From Rhizodiscina lignyota (lineage: Eukaryota), in contig ML978123.1 of NCBI GenBank assembly GCA_010015805.1, positions 806,001 through 870,000 of the forward strand: a stretch of 64,000 bases of DNA, given 5' to 3'. Shown one piece after another: positions 12,767 to 23,458 of the stretch (position 1 is the first letter of the stretch; the number at the start of each line of letters is the position of its first letter). The translations under genes were made by a program, and so were the position numbers. The notes under the pieces were generated by a model that saw only the letters and a list, made by a program, of their open reading frames with translations, was not told where the DNA came from and ran no database searches.

Positions 12767-14326
12767 TCATCTTCTAATGCCGTAACCCAGGCGCACCCTC
12801 TCATTTCCAACCTCCTCTTCGTATGCAAGCCTCTCGCGCCTCATGGCGTCCTTGTCGTACGGCGCGTTCTTCCTTCCGAACCTACTGCTCACAGTTGCGG
12901 TGCTGGCGTTGCTGTGCTTTAGCTCACTTAGTGCACCGAAACTCTTCATCTTCTTGAGCCCCTTGGCTTTGGGTTCCTTCTCCGTCTTGCCAGGAGTCTT
13001 GAAGATCTCCTCGACTTCGGGCTTGCCTTTGCGTAGACGAATTAGGTCGCGCGCAATGCGCTCGAGCGCGGAGCCAACCTTGCGCGGCGTCATTGGGCTC
13101 TTGGGTGCTTCGAAGACTGATGTTGATGCTATGGAAGGCCTGCGAGAGGTGGTGTGTGCACTGCTTGAGCGCGATGATGGTCGGATAGAGGAGTTGAAGC
13201 TAACGCCAGAGTCCGTCTTGCGTGGAGTTTTGTGCGCATCTTGCTTCTCGTCGTTCTTTCCCGGAGCATTGTGGCCGGGAACCTGAGGTAGGGGGCCGTT
13301 CGGTGGGGTTGGCTGGAAATATGATACGTTCGTGATGTCTTTGCACTCAGCAATGGTACTGTTGCAGAGACGAAGATACTTTTCGAGGTTGCGATGGACA
13401 TCTGGCCAGCCATTGGATTCACCCTCGGCGGCGCCTTGCCTCTGCAAGGTCATGAGGACTCCGGTTCCACGAGTCTCAACAGCCTTGATGTATTTGAAGA
13501 AGCCATCACGCTGCTTGGAGAGGATAGTGGGGGTGAGCTTGGTAGTTGGATTGGATACGGTGACAGGCGGGTAGAGAGTGTTGAGCATAGCGATACAGTT
13601 GTGTTTGTTGAATGGCAGCAGAGACATTTCGTTAATGAGGACCTGTTGTTGTGTCAGACGTAGGGGTAGTTGTTTGAGAGTTAGACTACATACCCAGCGT
13701 CGAAGCGCAATAAACAATTGAGTGTACAGAGAATCCGCACGCTTGTCCTTGGTCTCGAGTTCGCGAATCCACTCGGCGGCTCCCGGGTATTGAATACTCA
13801 TTGCGTTGGCATCAGCAGCTAATGTTTCGCGATTGATGCCGAGTCGAGAGAGAGAAGAGGCAACCTCCTTACGACGACGACTCTCAAGGTCCTTCAGATA
13901 GTCCAATGCGGTGAGCGCTTGTGGGAAGTCGACCCAGTGAACCTCCTGAGTAAAGCATCGCTTGAGGAACATGGTAATGAAGGTTGGGGGGAGCGAGCAT
14001 GGCTGTTGGGGGAGCTGCGAGATTTGAGCCATTAGAGACGTCGCGAATTGCGTATTGGCATCATGCATTTCTGTGGGTGGGAATCGGGAAGTCGTTGGAG
14101 AGGTCGATGGTGTCGCTGCAGCGCTTGCGGAACGACTGTTGGAAGGGGTAGGTTGTCCTCGCCCGGCGCAATTGAGCGTGTACATGGTCCTGAGGGGTAT
14201 TTCGTACGTGCCTGGATACTGGAGGATATGCTCGAGAATCAATTGGTAAGAAGCACCGGAATTGACAGAATTTGTTGTTTCTTGAGAGCTATTCCTCGTA
14301 TGGAAAGAAGAATCCGAGCCCGTCAT
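12767..14326 (-). CDS. Conserved-looking fungal hypothetical protein (about 500 aa)
   Basis: Long ORF with a globular core (LEHILQYPGTYEIPLRTMYTLN, VDFPQALTALDYLKDLE) and a Ser/Lys-rich tail. 51-nt intron 13693-13643 (GTATGT...CTGAC...CAG). Confidence 0.82.
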   Translation of the reverse strand: MTGSDSSFHTRNSSQETTNSVNSGASYQLILEHILQYPGTYEIPLRTMYTLNCAGRGQPTPSNSRSASAAATPSTSPTTSRFPPTEMHDANTQFATSLMAQISQLPQQPCSLPPTFITMFLKRCFTQEVHWVDFPQALTALDYLKDLESRRRKEVASSLSRLGINRETLAADANAMSIQYPGAAEWIRELETKDKRADSLYTQLFIALRRWVCSLTLKQLPLRLTQQQVLINEMSLLPFNKHNCIAMLNTLYPPVTVSNPTTKLTPTILSKQRDGFFKYIKAVETRGTGVLMTLQRQGAAEGESNGWPDVHRNLEKYLRLCNSTIAECKDITNVSYFQPTPPNGPLPQVPGHNAPGKNDEKQDAHKTPRKTDSGVSFNSSIRPSSRSSSAHTTSRRPSIASTSVFEAPKSPMTPRKVGSALERIARDLIRLRKGKPEVEEIFKTPGKTEKEPKAKGLKKMKSFGALSELKHSNASTATVSSRFGRKNAPYDKDAMRRERLAYEEEVGNERVRLGYGIRR

Positions 14327-17300
14327 CGTGGGCGAGAAATTTATTCCTGCCTACGACAATGGTTTTGGTTGACAATAGCAGCGTGGTGGGGATAGCCGTT
14401 GGCGGGGTGGGTTTGTTGTTCTATTGTCGTCTGTTTGTTATTGTATCTCCTCGTGCCCGTGTCTTAGACTACCCGCGTAGCGCTACTCTACTGACCACAA
14501 CAATGTTTGTACAGATGCGGGGAAGAGCAAACACGACGGCAAATACGAGCCGTCAAAGTCGAGAAGGGATTGAAGAAGATTATTTTGAAAAGAAATGCAA
14601 GCGCTCCTGTCGTGGGTCGTAAAGATCGTATCTCTCGCGAGAATGGTCTGTCTAAAGTCGAGAATTCGTCTAGTCGTTACAGCATTGGCTGGGCTCCAAC
14701 TGGCTGGATTGCAATTGCACTGCCTAATAGCAGCGTCGAGGCCGAGTCCGTGCCTGGGGATGGTTCGATGTTCACGTTGTTTGTTAAACGGTCGTCGGGC
14801 GCAGCATCTTTACGCGATGTCGAAAGCAAACGGTGACGGGGAACGTGGTTTCCACGCGAGACTGGGCCGAAGGGAAGGAACGCGTGACGGCAGCAGGGCG
14901 CGGTGCGAGGAGGGAAGGTGCAAACGCCGCTCTCGGCCGCGGCAAACACGCTTCAAATGCTTCGGCTGCTTCGAACACGTCGACAGTGAAAGGCCAAGAT
15001 GAATTCTGTCCTCCGGTGCGTTTGGATGTTGGAATGCGTGGAAAGGGCGAGGTTACGAGGCACGGCAGTCTGATGTATGTCCTTCTGCTGCATGTGCGGC
15101 CCCTACCTCACGCTCTGCACCGAATATCTCTCCCTCTCCTGGCTTCCCTGTCCTTCGCAGCTGCTGCAGCGCCGGAAACACCATCACCTGCCGCTATCTT
15201 GGGACTGGCCGTCCCGCCATCGTCGCTTACGCTTTCGTTATCCTCGTCCTGCCCACGCCGGCCCGGATCACATCGCGGCCCAAGGGTGAGCTGAGGATCC
15301 CCCGCAAAAGTGACAAACGTGGGCCTGAGAGACGGCACTGCCCATTGGGTGAGACCCTTATCCGGAAGCCAGGCCTGCGGACGATAAAGCAGTTCATTCC
15401 GAGGGGCAATATATCGTTTCTATTCTCTACTCCGATCAGACTGCTCTCACACGTGCTCTCTCTCCAGCACATTTCAATGGCATCATGTCACGCTGTTTCC
15501 TCATCATCGCTGCGAACCAAGATGCATACAGGGGTTCAGAAAATCTTTGAGATGCCCTGTAGCATCGGCCTGTTTCGTTTTCTTCTGCAGCGCCGGCCTC
15601 CGGTGCACTCGTCCCGCTCTCGTTTGGCGCGCAGCCGCATCCATCACAATGGCGGCGCCCTGCCCCGTTCCTGAAGAGCGATCGTGCAGAATCGTCAGCT
15701 CAAGCATTCATCCGACATGAAGGCGGCTTCTATTCTCGTGACATATCACTTGCTCCGGAGAATTATGCTAGTTGTGGCACGCGTAAGGCTGTCACGGCTC
15801 GTTGAGCGAGTCCCCTCAACTCTCATGGTGGAGACTATTCTCTTGAAGGCTTGATTCCTTTTTCTTTGTGCGACTCAATGAATCGAAGGCCTTTTCTTCG
15901 GACCACTCTCCCGAGTACGCGGTCATTCCATTAGGAGTGCACCAAAGGGCACTGGGGACATGTTGCTCAAAGCCGGCTAGGCCAATTGCGATGCCGTCTG
16001 CGAGGCGTCCTGCCTCGGGGTTTTTTCGAAGCCCTGCCTTCTTATGCGCCTAGTGAGGCTGGCGTACGCCACGATTGTTCCCTCTGGACCCGACAGGATG
16101 GTTCGCTCAAGGGTGGCAGGGTATCTCCCCTCGCGGAAGCGGATGTGTATCGATAGCCTTAACAGGGCGGAAGAATTGAGCCTTCTTGGACCTCGATATG
16201 ACGTTCGAGGTTTCATTCGCTCTTAACACAATTGCCGTCAGAATTTTTCAGCGATTTTACCTCTGTTGCACCGATCGCGATGTCTCTTGTGACGTCGCTC
16301 AGCAGAAAACGTGCTTCTCACGTCCTCGACGCCATTCGCTGAATCTGCCATTTTCATCCATGCAGCAATCGCTTACCGGCACGCTGGATGAAATGGGACG
16401 GTCAGGGCCAAAAGTGGGCTTCCAGGCGTTCGACTGCAGTGTGCGCACACCGATACGATGCAAAAGCAACGCTCCCTTCTCAGACCGTTGCTATCACAAG
16501 TTTCCACTAATGGCTTGGGTTTCACCCTCCCATATATCTTTCATCACTTTCACGTGCAGAAAAGCATCTGGCTGAAGAATTTTCAGTTGGTGGTCGTCGT
16601 GTGCTCAGGTCGATTGGATAGAGCCTGAATTTTGCAGTCGGCAATCCTGCCGCTCCTTTTCTGCGAACCCCACCTCCAATCCTTCGCGCATTCTAATTCA
16701 TGACTGCAGCGACTTTGCATGTATCGAGGTTCTTCCTGCCCTAAGTGGTACGAGACAAGTGTACCTGGCAGTAGTGCGATCCCGCCTGTGCCAAAGCTCA
16801 GAAAAAGTAGGTACGTACCTTTCATTTGCACCAGCCACGGATGGCAAGTATTTCCATCCTCTCATCTCCTTCTCACCATCGCGTCCCTACAGAGAAAGTA
16901 TTAGAGCGCCATGCGTGCTGCACAGTCTTTTTAATATCATTTCTTAGACGAAGGATCTGCGAACTCTTGCCGGCGTGGGTGAGCTTCTGTCCTTTTGTCA
17001 CTGAACGATTTTAAAAGCAAAATGCCGCTGCGCAGCGCACGTTTCCATCTCAATGGGAGAGATGATAGAGAAACCGCAGCAAGACCTAATCACCTAATCA
17101 TCTAATACAAGAGTTTCACTTCATCTATCGAACTGAATGTCTGATCCGAAGTCTGGCCTAAAGTTGTGTATCGTGCGCCCTTTGACTCAAGCTCTACATT
17201 TGCGATTAGTCACAGCTGCTCTCCACCTGTGCCCCAGCTCCCAATACAAATTTCATCGTTGTCGCTTACATGCATCTGTTCGCGATATCAAAATATATTG

Positions 17301-17348
17301 CACTGACATAACCAAAAAGCACTTTCAATTTGACCCTCACCTGTCATC

Positions 17349-18293
17349 ATGTCTGGTTCCGCAACCCTCGACTTCACTACCCTTGACGTGTTCACGCACA
17401 CTAGATATGCAGGCAATCCATTGGGCGTCGTTCATGTGCCGTCCTCTGCCACGCTGAGTAAAGAGCAGCGACAGATTATTGCTGGAGAATTCAATCTCTC
17501 CGAGACAGTCTTCATCCATGAACGACAAGTTGGCCCCGACGGTCCAGAATGGCCTGTCAATATCCATACGACTGCGAGAGAATTGCCTTTTGCGGGCCAC
17601 CCAACGATTGGAGTTGCATGCCTCTTAGCATCTAGCCTAGAGCCGGATCAAAATGGCGATGACCATTCCGTCAGTGCGACGCTCATTGTGCCTGCCGGAC
17701 GCATCAAGTTCGTGTATAACGCTTTGGAGCGAGTGGCACGGTTAGGCATTCCGCACAACTATCATCAGCATGGGGCCACATTATCCGCGGCAGAACTCCA
17801 AAAGCTCACGCCGAAGATTGCGCAGCTGCCGCAGCAGTCGCCGATTGTGTCAATAGTGAAAGGCATGACATTCGCCCTCGTCGAGCTGCAATCGCTCGAC
17901 GACCTGACCTTCGTCAACATGCTCACCGCGCGGTGGCCGCAGCTGCAGCTCGACACGGAATGGGACTCTGAGCCGGTGGGTATGCTGTTCTACGTGCACC
18001 AGGGCGAAGGCGCCGACGGCGCGACCAAGCTGCGCACGCGCATGATGGAGCTGGAGAAGCCGTCGGAGGATCCGGCGACTGGAAGCGCATCGTGCTGTCT
18101 CGCGGCGTACTTGGCTCTGAAGGAGGGGAAGAAGGGCGAGAAGGTGAAGATTGAGATGACGCAGGGTGTGGAGATGGGGAGGAAGAGTGACATTGGGATC
18201 GAGATCGGGGTAGGGCAGGACGGCAAGCTGGAGAGCGTTACTCTGAGCGGTGGGGCGGTGCAGGTGATGAAAGGCACCGTTATCGTTCCGTGA
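17349..18293 (+). CDS. PhzC/PhzF-family (diaminopimelate-epimerase-like) protein
   Basis: LDVFT..RYAGNPLGVV, FNLSETVF, ELPFAGHPTIG, EDPATGSA, QGVEMGRKS. Confidence 0.93.
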   Translation: MSGSATLDFTTLDVFTHTRYAGNPLGVVHVPSSATLSKEQRQIIAGEFNLSETVFIHERQVGPDGPEWPVNIHTTARELPFAGHPTIGVACLLASSLEPDQNGDDHSVSATLIVPAGRIKFVYNALERVARLGIPHNYHQHGATLSAAELQKLTPKIAQLPQQSPIVSIVKGMTFALVELQSLDDLTFVNMLTARWPQLQLDTEWDSEPVGMLFYVHQGEGADGATKLRTRMMELEKPSEDPATGSASCCLAAYLALKEGKKGEKVKIEMTQGVEMGRKSDIGIEIGVGQDGKLESVTLSGGAVQVMKGTVIVP

Positions 18294-19392
18294 GCTAGTA
18301 TGGAGGAAATGCAAATGAACAGCCTTCCGAACGTCTACGGTGCGTTCTCGTGGAGTAGTATGACTATCAAGTCGCCATGAAGCGGCGCCAATCTGTAAAG
18401 CCCGTCAATAATTCTTGGATTAATTGTGTGGCTCTGCTCTGTCGGTGCGGAGACTTGCAAGAAAGACGTCGGTCTCTTTCTATCCATTGAATCAAGAGTT
18501 CTGTAGACCCCGAGCGGTTACTGATACTCTCTGGCCCCACTGGCGAGTGCTTTGCCAACCTTCATCTTTTTCTCCGTTTAGGGAAAAAGTTGCTTTGCTG
18601 TCCTTCGTTCTCGAACATAAATGTCCCCCACACTTGATTACGGTAATCAATATATCGATTAGGCAGTATGTCGGTGAGATCGCGATCCACGTCAAGGAAG
18701 TGCTGATGGCCCCCCTTCGGTGAGATTATTCGTTCGTCTCGTTGGGGCGAAAACTCAATATCAACCTCACATCTATCCCGTCCATGGAAAAAACCCAGAT
18801 ATTAGCCACAAGGCCGGCAAGACAAACGAATGGCGTGCATTTGAAACTGGTTATATGTTTATCTGATCGATTAAGTGGCTGTCAACTGTGCATTGTGGTC
18901 GGCGGCTGCCGAAGATAACCTGCTACCATATTCGTCTCAGCACGTCGACGGCGAAGAAAATCCAAGCATCCTGTCCATCTTTGCCATCTACACACTCTCC
19001 AAGGATACTCGAAGATGGTGTACAAGCTTCGAGTCGTTATGGATGCCATTATTTGTCGTGGACATGATCGCTCTTGTGTCCGGTTGCTGAGACGGAGTGG
19101 ATGTTTTAATGGTCTCTGACGGCCGACCTTATGGCAGCCATTAACTTGAGCTTCGTGATTCTTGGACTATCTGAGGCCAAGTACAATCTTATATACTAGA
19201 TCAAGACTCCTTTCTCGGCGAGAAGTATGCCTGTTTATTCTGCTGTTGACCCTCTTTTCATTCGTTTCCTCCCTTTACGATTCAAGAGTACGCTGGGCGA
19301 CTCTTTCTGTTCCCAGTCCGCTGTGCATACGGCCATAGTCTGCTAGTCGGCATTTCCATTTCTCTAGTCTTTCAATCAGTCCGTCGTACGCG

Positions 19393-20606
19393 ATGTACTT
19401 TAGATCTCTCTTCATAACTGTCCTTGCAGCAGGATTCCTGGGCCCAGTTGATGCGCAACGGAACGGTGGCAACATCCAAAATGGCCAGGAAAGTAATAAT
19501 GGAGGCAATAACAACCCCAATCTATGTCTCTCACCGAACGTGATTTCAACTGGGAGTCAATCCAATGGCCAAGAAGATGGTGGCGAATTAGGACAGGCTC
19601 CATCTGCGATGTAAGTAATCTGATAGTTTTGCTGCGCCCCTGACTGATAGGAATCACTCAGATCCGCGAATAATTTCATTGAATTCTGTAAAGGCGAGAC
19701 AATCACCAACGGGCTGCAGAACAAAGGCGGGTCCTGCAATCCAATTCGTGTGTGGCCTCTATCCCTCTCATAAGCACAAATCATCTGACACCTTCAGCGA
19801 TGGGAAAAATGCCCGCCTTCAGCAAGATGACCTCGACCATAATCATCAGCCCACAAGCTGGAGAGGACATGCCAGCCAACCAAGCCTTCGACATATCCGT
19901 CAGGGTTGCCAATCTGCAACCCGGCACCTTCACCAACCCGAGTAACACCTACTATTCGGCACCCCAGGACCTTAATGGCCAGGGCATTGTCATCGGTCAC
20001 ACCCACATCACAGTTCAAGACATGGGCGGTAGCATGAATCCCGCCCAGCCTCTCGATGCAGGGACTTTCGCCTTCTTCAAGGGCATCAATAACGCCGGCG
20101 ACGGACAGGGGACGTTGAGTGCCACGGTGACGGGGGGGTTGGGGCCTGGCTTTTACCGCGTGTGCACAATCACAGCGGCTGGGAACCATCAGCCGGTGCT
20201 CATGCCTGTTGCGAATCGGGGCGGCCAAGACGACTGTCAGAAGTTCACAGTGGGACAGGGACGTAATGCGGATGGTGGCGGCGCTGGAAACAATAACAAT
20301 GGAGAAGGGAGCACGGATGAGAATGAGGGAGGAGTTGTGAATGGCGGAGGAAGCAACAATAATGGCGACGATGCAAATCAAAACGAAAATGCTGGTACAA
20401 GAAGCAGCGGTAATAACAACGGTGCTCAGAATGAAGGGGGCGTTCATGGAGGCAGAGGTCATCACCGGGGTCAAGGGCAGCAGCAGAACGGGCAAAGTGA
20501 TGGAGCTGGAGACGACAGCTCAACTCTCCAGCAACAAAGCCAAAGCAAAGGGCTGCGTAAGCGGTCGAAACGACTATCGTTTCTGAAGCGAACATTCGTG
20601 GCCTGA
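19393..20606 (+). CDS. Secreted Cys-containing protein with Gly/Asn-rich tail (370 aa)
   Basis: Signal peptide MYFRSLFITVLAAGFLGPVDA; core YYSAPQDL, GHTHITVQ, FFKGINNAG, YRVCT...NHQPVLMPVA.RGGQDDC. Exons 19393-19610, 19662-19747 and 19798-20606 sum to 371 codons. Confidence 0.85.
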
Positions 20607-21469
20607 AAGCGAGCTAGCCAACGATAGAATGGACTCGGTTCTGCTGTACTTGCGTAACGAGGGAGCTAGTTTCCAGCGAGCGAACAGTCCACAAAGCCAC
20701 TCTATTACAGTTCCATTAAGCATGTACAAGATGCTTCCCCGTATTGGTGAAGTTGTATTCGAGGTTGTCAGGGAGTAGCTTACTAAGGCTACCTTAGAAT
20801 ATTTGCTTCTCATTATCGTAGAAAGAGTTCCATTGCAGGTCTCGTTCGCTCAGGAGGAACGAGCTTCTTCGTAATCACTTTGCGTGATGCTGGTTTCCGT
20901 AGCCCCCCTGTCGTAATTCGATAGATGTGACGTGTGGAATCTTAAGTATTGGCACGATTGTTGGCGTAGGTGGACCTTGAGTGAGTCTCCATGACCATAG
21001 GCAGGCACAACTTTGGCACGAGTATTTAGCACGAAGCACAAGATGATCACTGAAACTCTTAGCGGCCCCACAATTTGATTCGGTGTAATAAAAGTCTTGC
21101 TCATGTCCTTAGCGCAGAAAGCAAAGCAGAAAGCAAAGTGATTGGACAAAGCGAGTGAATGTGATCTGTCGCAAAGTCCGGAATGATAACCTCATCTCGA
21201 AATCATTCCCTCGAAAACTCTTCTTGAAGCGACAGAAAGATGTGTGACTGCTCGGTGAATCACTGTTCCACAGGGTAATCAGTCTTGCCATCATTCACAA
21301 GCGGCGTGCTCTTTACCAGCGTTTGTGAAAGGACCGAATACAACGTGCAATAGGCCCGGATCTGAAGCGGCTGCAGTAGCTCGCTGGCTCCGAGATTGGA
21401 GGTTGGCTTGCTGTCGAATATTCATCGATGAGAAAGGTGTCTTCCGAAGAAACCACATCATGCTTTACC

Positions 21470-22108
21470 TCAGCCCGTATCATTGGTGGCCTTCTTCTCT
21501 CCATTCGCGTCATAGCCAAGTATCTCAAGCTGGCGAATAAGCTCGTTGATGCGAATGACCTTTTCCAACTGCTCCGGGAGCAAGGCATCGCCCTTCTCTT
21601 TCTTGTCCTTCAGCTCTCGGGCCTGGCGCAGTTTCTTCGCAAGTTTGCGAGCCTCTTTCTCTTTCTCCGCTTCAGGATCCACCTCAGCCTTCTCCGATTC
21701 GATGGTGGCTTCTTTGTTCTCCACACTCGCGGCCGGCTCCGCTGGCTTCGCTTCATTCACGCTGCCACCTTTGTCAAGGTTGTCCTTCTGCGACTCAGCC
21801 ACATTAGCAGCTGCCTTCTTGCGAGCCTCACGCTTCTTTGCGTTCTTGCTCGAGGCTGAACTCTTCTTTTCCTCTGTATCTACCTTCTCTGCGCCTGGGA
21901 CTCCAGCCGAGCCTCGATTTTTCCATGCTTCAGCAGTGCGATTCTTGTAGACTTCTACGTCCTCGGGTGGGCGGTAGCCAGGTCGCACGCGTCTCTCCTT
22001 GCGGACGGTACCATCAGCGCGCGTAGACGAGGCAATGACGCGTTCTCCGGAAGCCGATGTCGAGATTCCAGCTTTGGAGACATTGGTCGGCGCGTCGTTG
22101 GAAGACAT
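21470..22108 (-). CDS. Partner of Y14 and Mago (PYM/WIBG) exon-junction-complex disassembly factor
   Basis: Mago-binding motif IASSTRADGTVRKERRVRPGYRPPEDVEVY; C-terminal KKLRQARELK...LLPEQLEKV. Confidence 0.9.
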   Translation of the reverse strand: MSSNDAPTNVSKAGISTSASGERVIASSTRADGTVRKERRVRPGYRPPEDVEVYKNRTAEAWKNRGSAGVPGAEKVDTEEKKSSASSKNAKKREARKKAAANVAESQKDNLDKGGSVNEAKPAEPAASVENKEATIESEKAEVDPEAEKEKEARKLAKKLRQARELKDKKEKGDALLPEQLEKVIRINELIRQLEILGYDANGEKKATNDTG

Positions 22109-22446
22109 TTTGGGTTGTGTTACTAGTGCTTCCTTGTGACCGATCTTGGCACGCGCGCGTGCGTGAAACTTAGTCTGCTACCAATTAAGAGGTAAAAATA
22201 TGTTCCAAATGACCAAATTAAATCGAGGAGTCTACGTGCCAGGTTTGAAATAAGTTTCTCAGTTTGAACGCGCGCGAGTTGTAATTGCAAGGTTTGTGGT
22301 TTGGAAGAGCCTCAATTCGGGCTAGAAATATTTAGCTTGCCAGGAGGTTGAGCCTCACCCGGAGCTCTGCCGAGCCAACAACTTCATCTCTTCACCAACC
22401 CATTGCGATTCACAACACCGCTCTCAGACCGCTCAAGGCTTTCAAA

Positions 22447-22874
22447 ATGGGTGTAAGTGCTATCAGCTATTGATCTTAGTAACTGAATCCATACTGATGT
22501 GCCTCTAGGTCTACTCCGGCCTCTACAAGTAACTCCATACCTTCCCGAGACTCGAAATTCGAGGATACTGATACCGGACGCAGCACCTTCTTCAGGCAGA
22601 ACACTACTATGCTCGCCACTGTCTTCCTTGGCGCCTTCGGCTTACAATTGTGCGCTATCATGAGATCCTTGAGCTGGGTGTAGGTACGAAGAGCTAACTT
22701 CCGCGACCCAGAGCCTTTGATTCGGGATCGACGCTCATCTGGAACAACATCAACAAGGGCGTGAGTTCCTCTATCTGAAGCTCACATTGCATCAATACTG
22801 ATCCGACTTCGGGATAGCGACAATGGCAAGACATCAAGGCCAAATACGTGCAGAATGCAGAGGAGGAGGAATAA
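22447..22874 (+). CDS. QCR9: Cytochrome b-c1 complex subunit 9 (65 aa, five exons)
   Basis: Exons 22447-22452, 22509-22528, 22584-22649, 22712-22760 and 22818-22874 give MGVYSGLYNTFFRQNTTMLATVFLGAFGLQLAFDSGSTLIWNNINKGRQWQDIKAKYVQNAEEEE. All introns are canonical. Confidence 0.93.
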
Positions 22875-23458
22875 GCATAGTTAAGTCTCGGCGATAAACG
22901 TCATGCTGGAGTAGGATATCATCGGCAAAGCACCTTCACAGCACTGAATATTAGACGGCTGTACCAGTATTTGTATATATGGATGATGGAGATGCAAATC
23001 TGAAGTTTTGACAAGCCTGCACATTCATATTCGTGCTCTACTGTGGTGACGAGCCTTGAAGCGGGCCATGATTTCCTTTTTATTTTAGCCAAGTCCCGAG
23101 AACGTTGCACAATATAGCCCACATATCAAATTTTTAAGAACGGCGTTAGGCGTTGTCATTGAAGCCTGTACCACCTGATCCATGTGATTGGCCACGTGTG
23201 GCGCGTGTATTGCGACCCCCCGCCGATTGCGCCAAAGCCATTGCTCAAGCAGCTTGAGAGGCAATACTTTTTTCCCAAACAACGCGGTCACGTCCTTTAC
23301 AACACACAACTCTCTCATCCCACTGACCGCAAAGCACGCACGACGGATCCACCTCTCGAAATCCTATTCCGAACGCTCAAACGATTCCCAGAACTTCGCC
23401 GCGTGTCCAGACGCCCCACTCTTGCCGCGCTGGAGAGCTTCATGGCTGCCACAGCACC

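Noticed and set aside
5242..18293. Possible secondary-metabolite cluster (ayg1 plus PhzF-like)
   Set aside because: No backbone synthase, transporter or adjacent pathway regulator; the genes are separated by housekeeping genes.
22650..22711. Internal TAG|GTACGA in QCR9 intron 3 as a twin or recursive intron
   Set aside because: The resulting pieces (about 34 and 28 nt) are too short and the first lacks a branch site.
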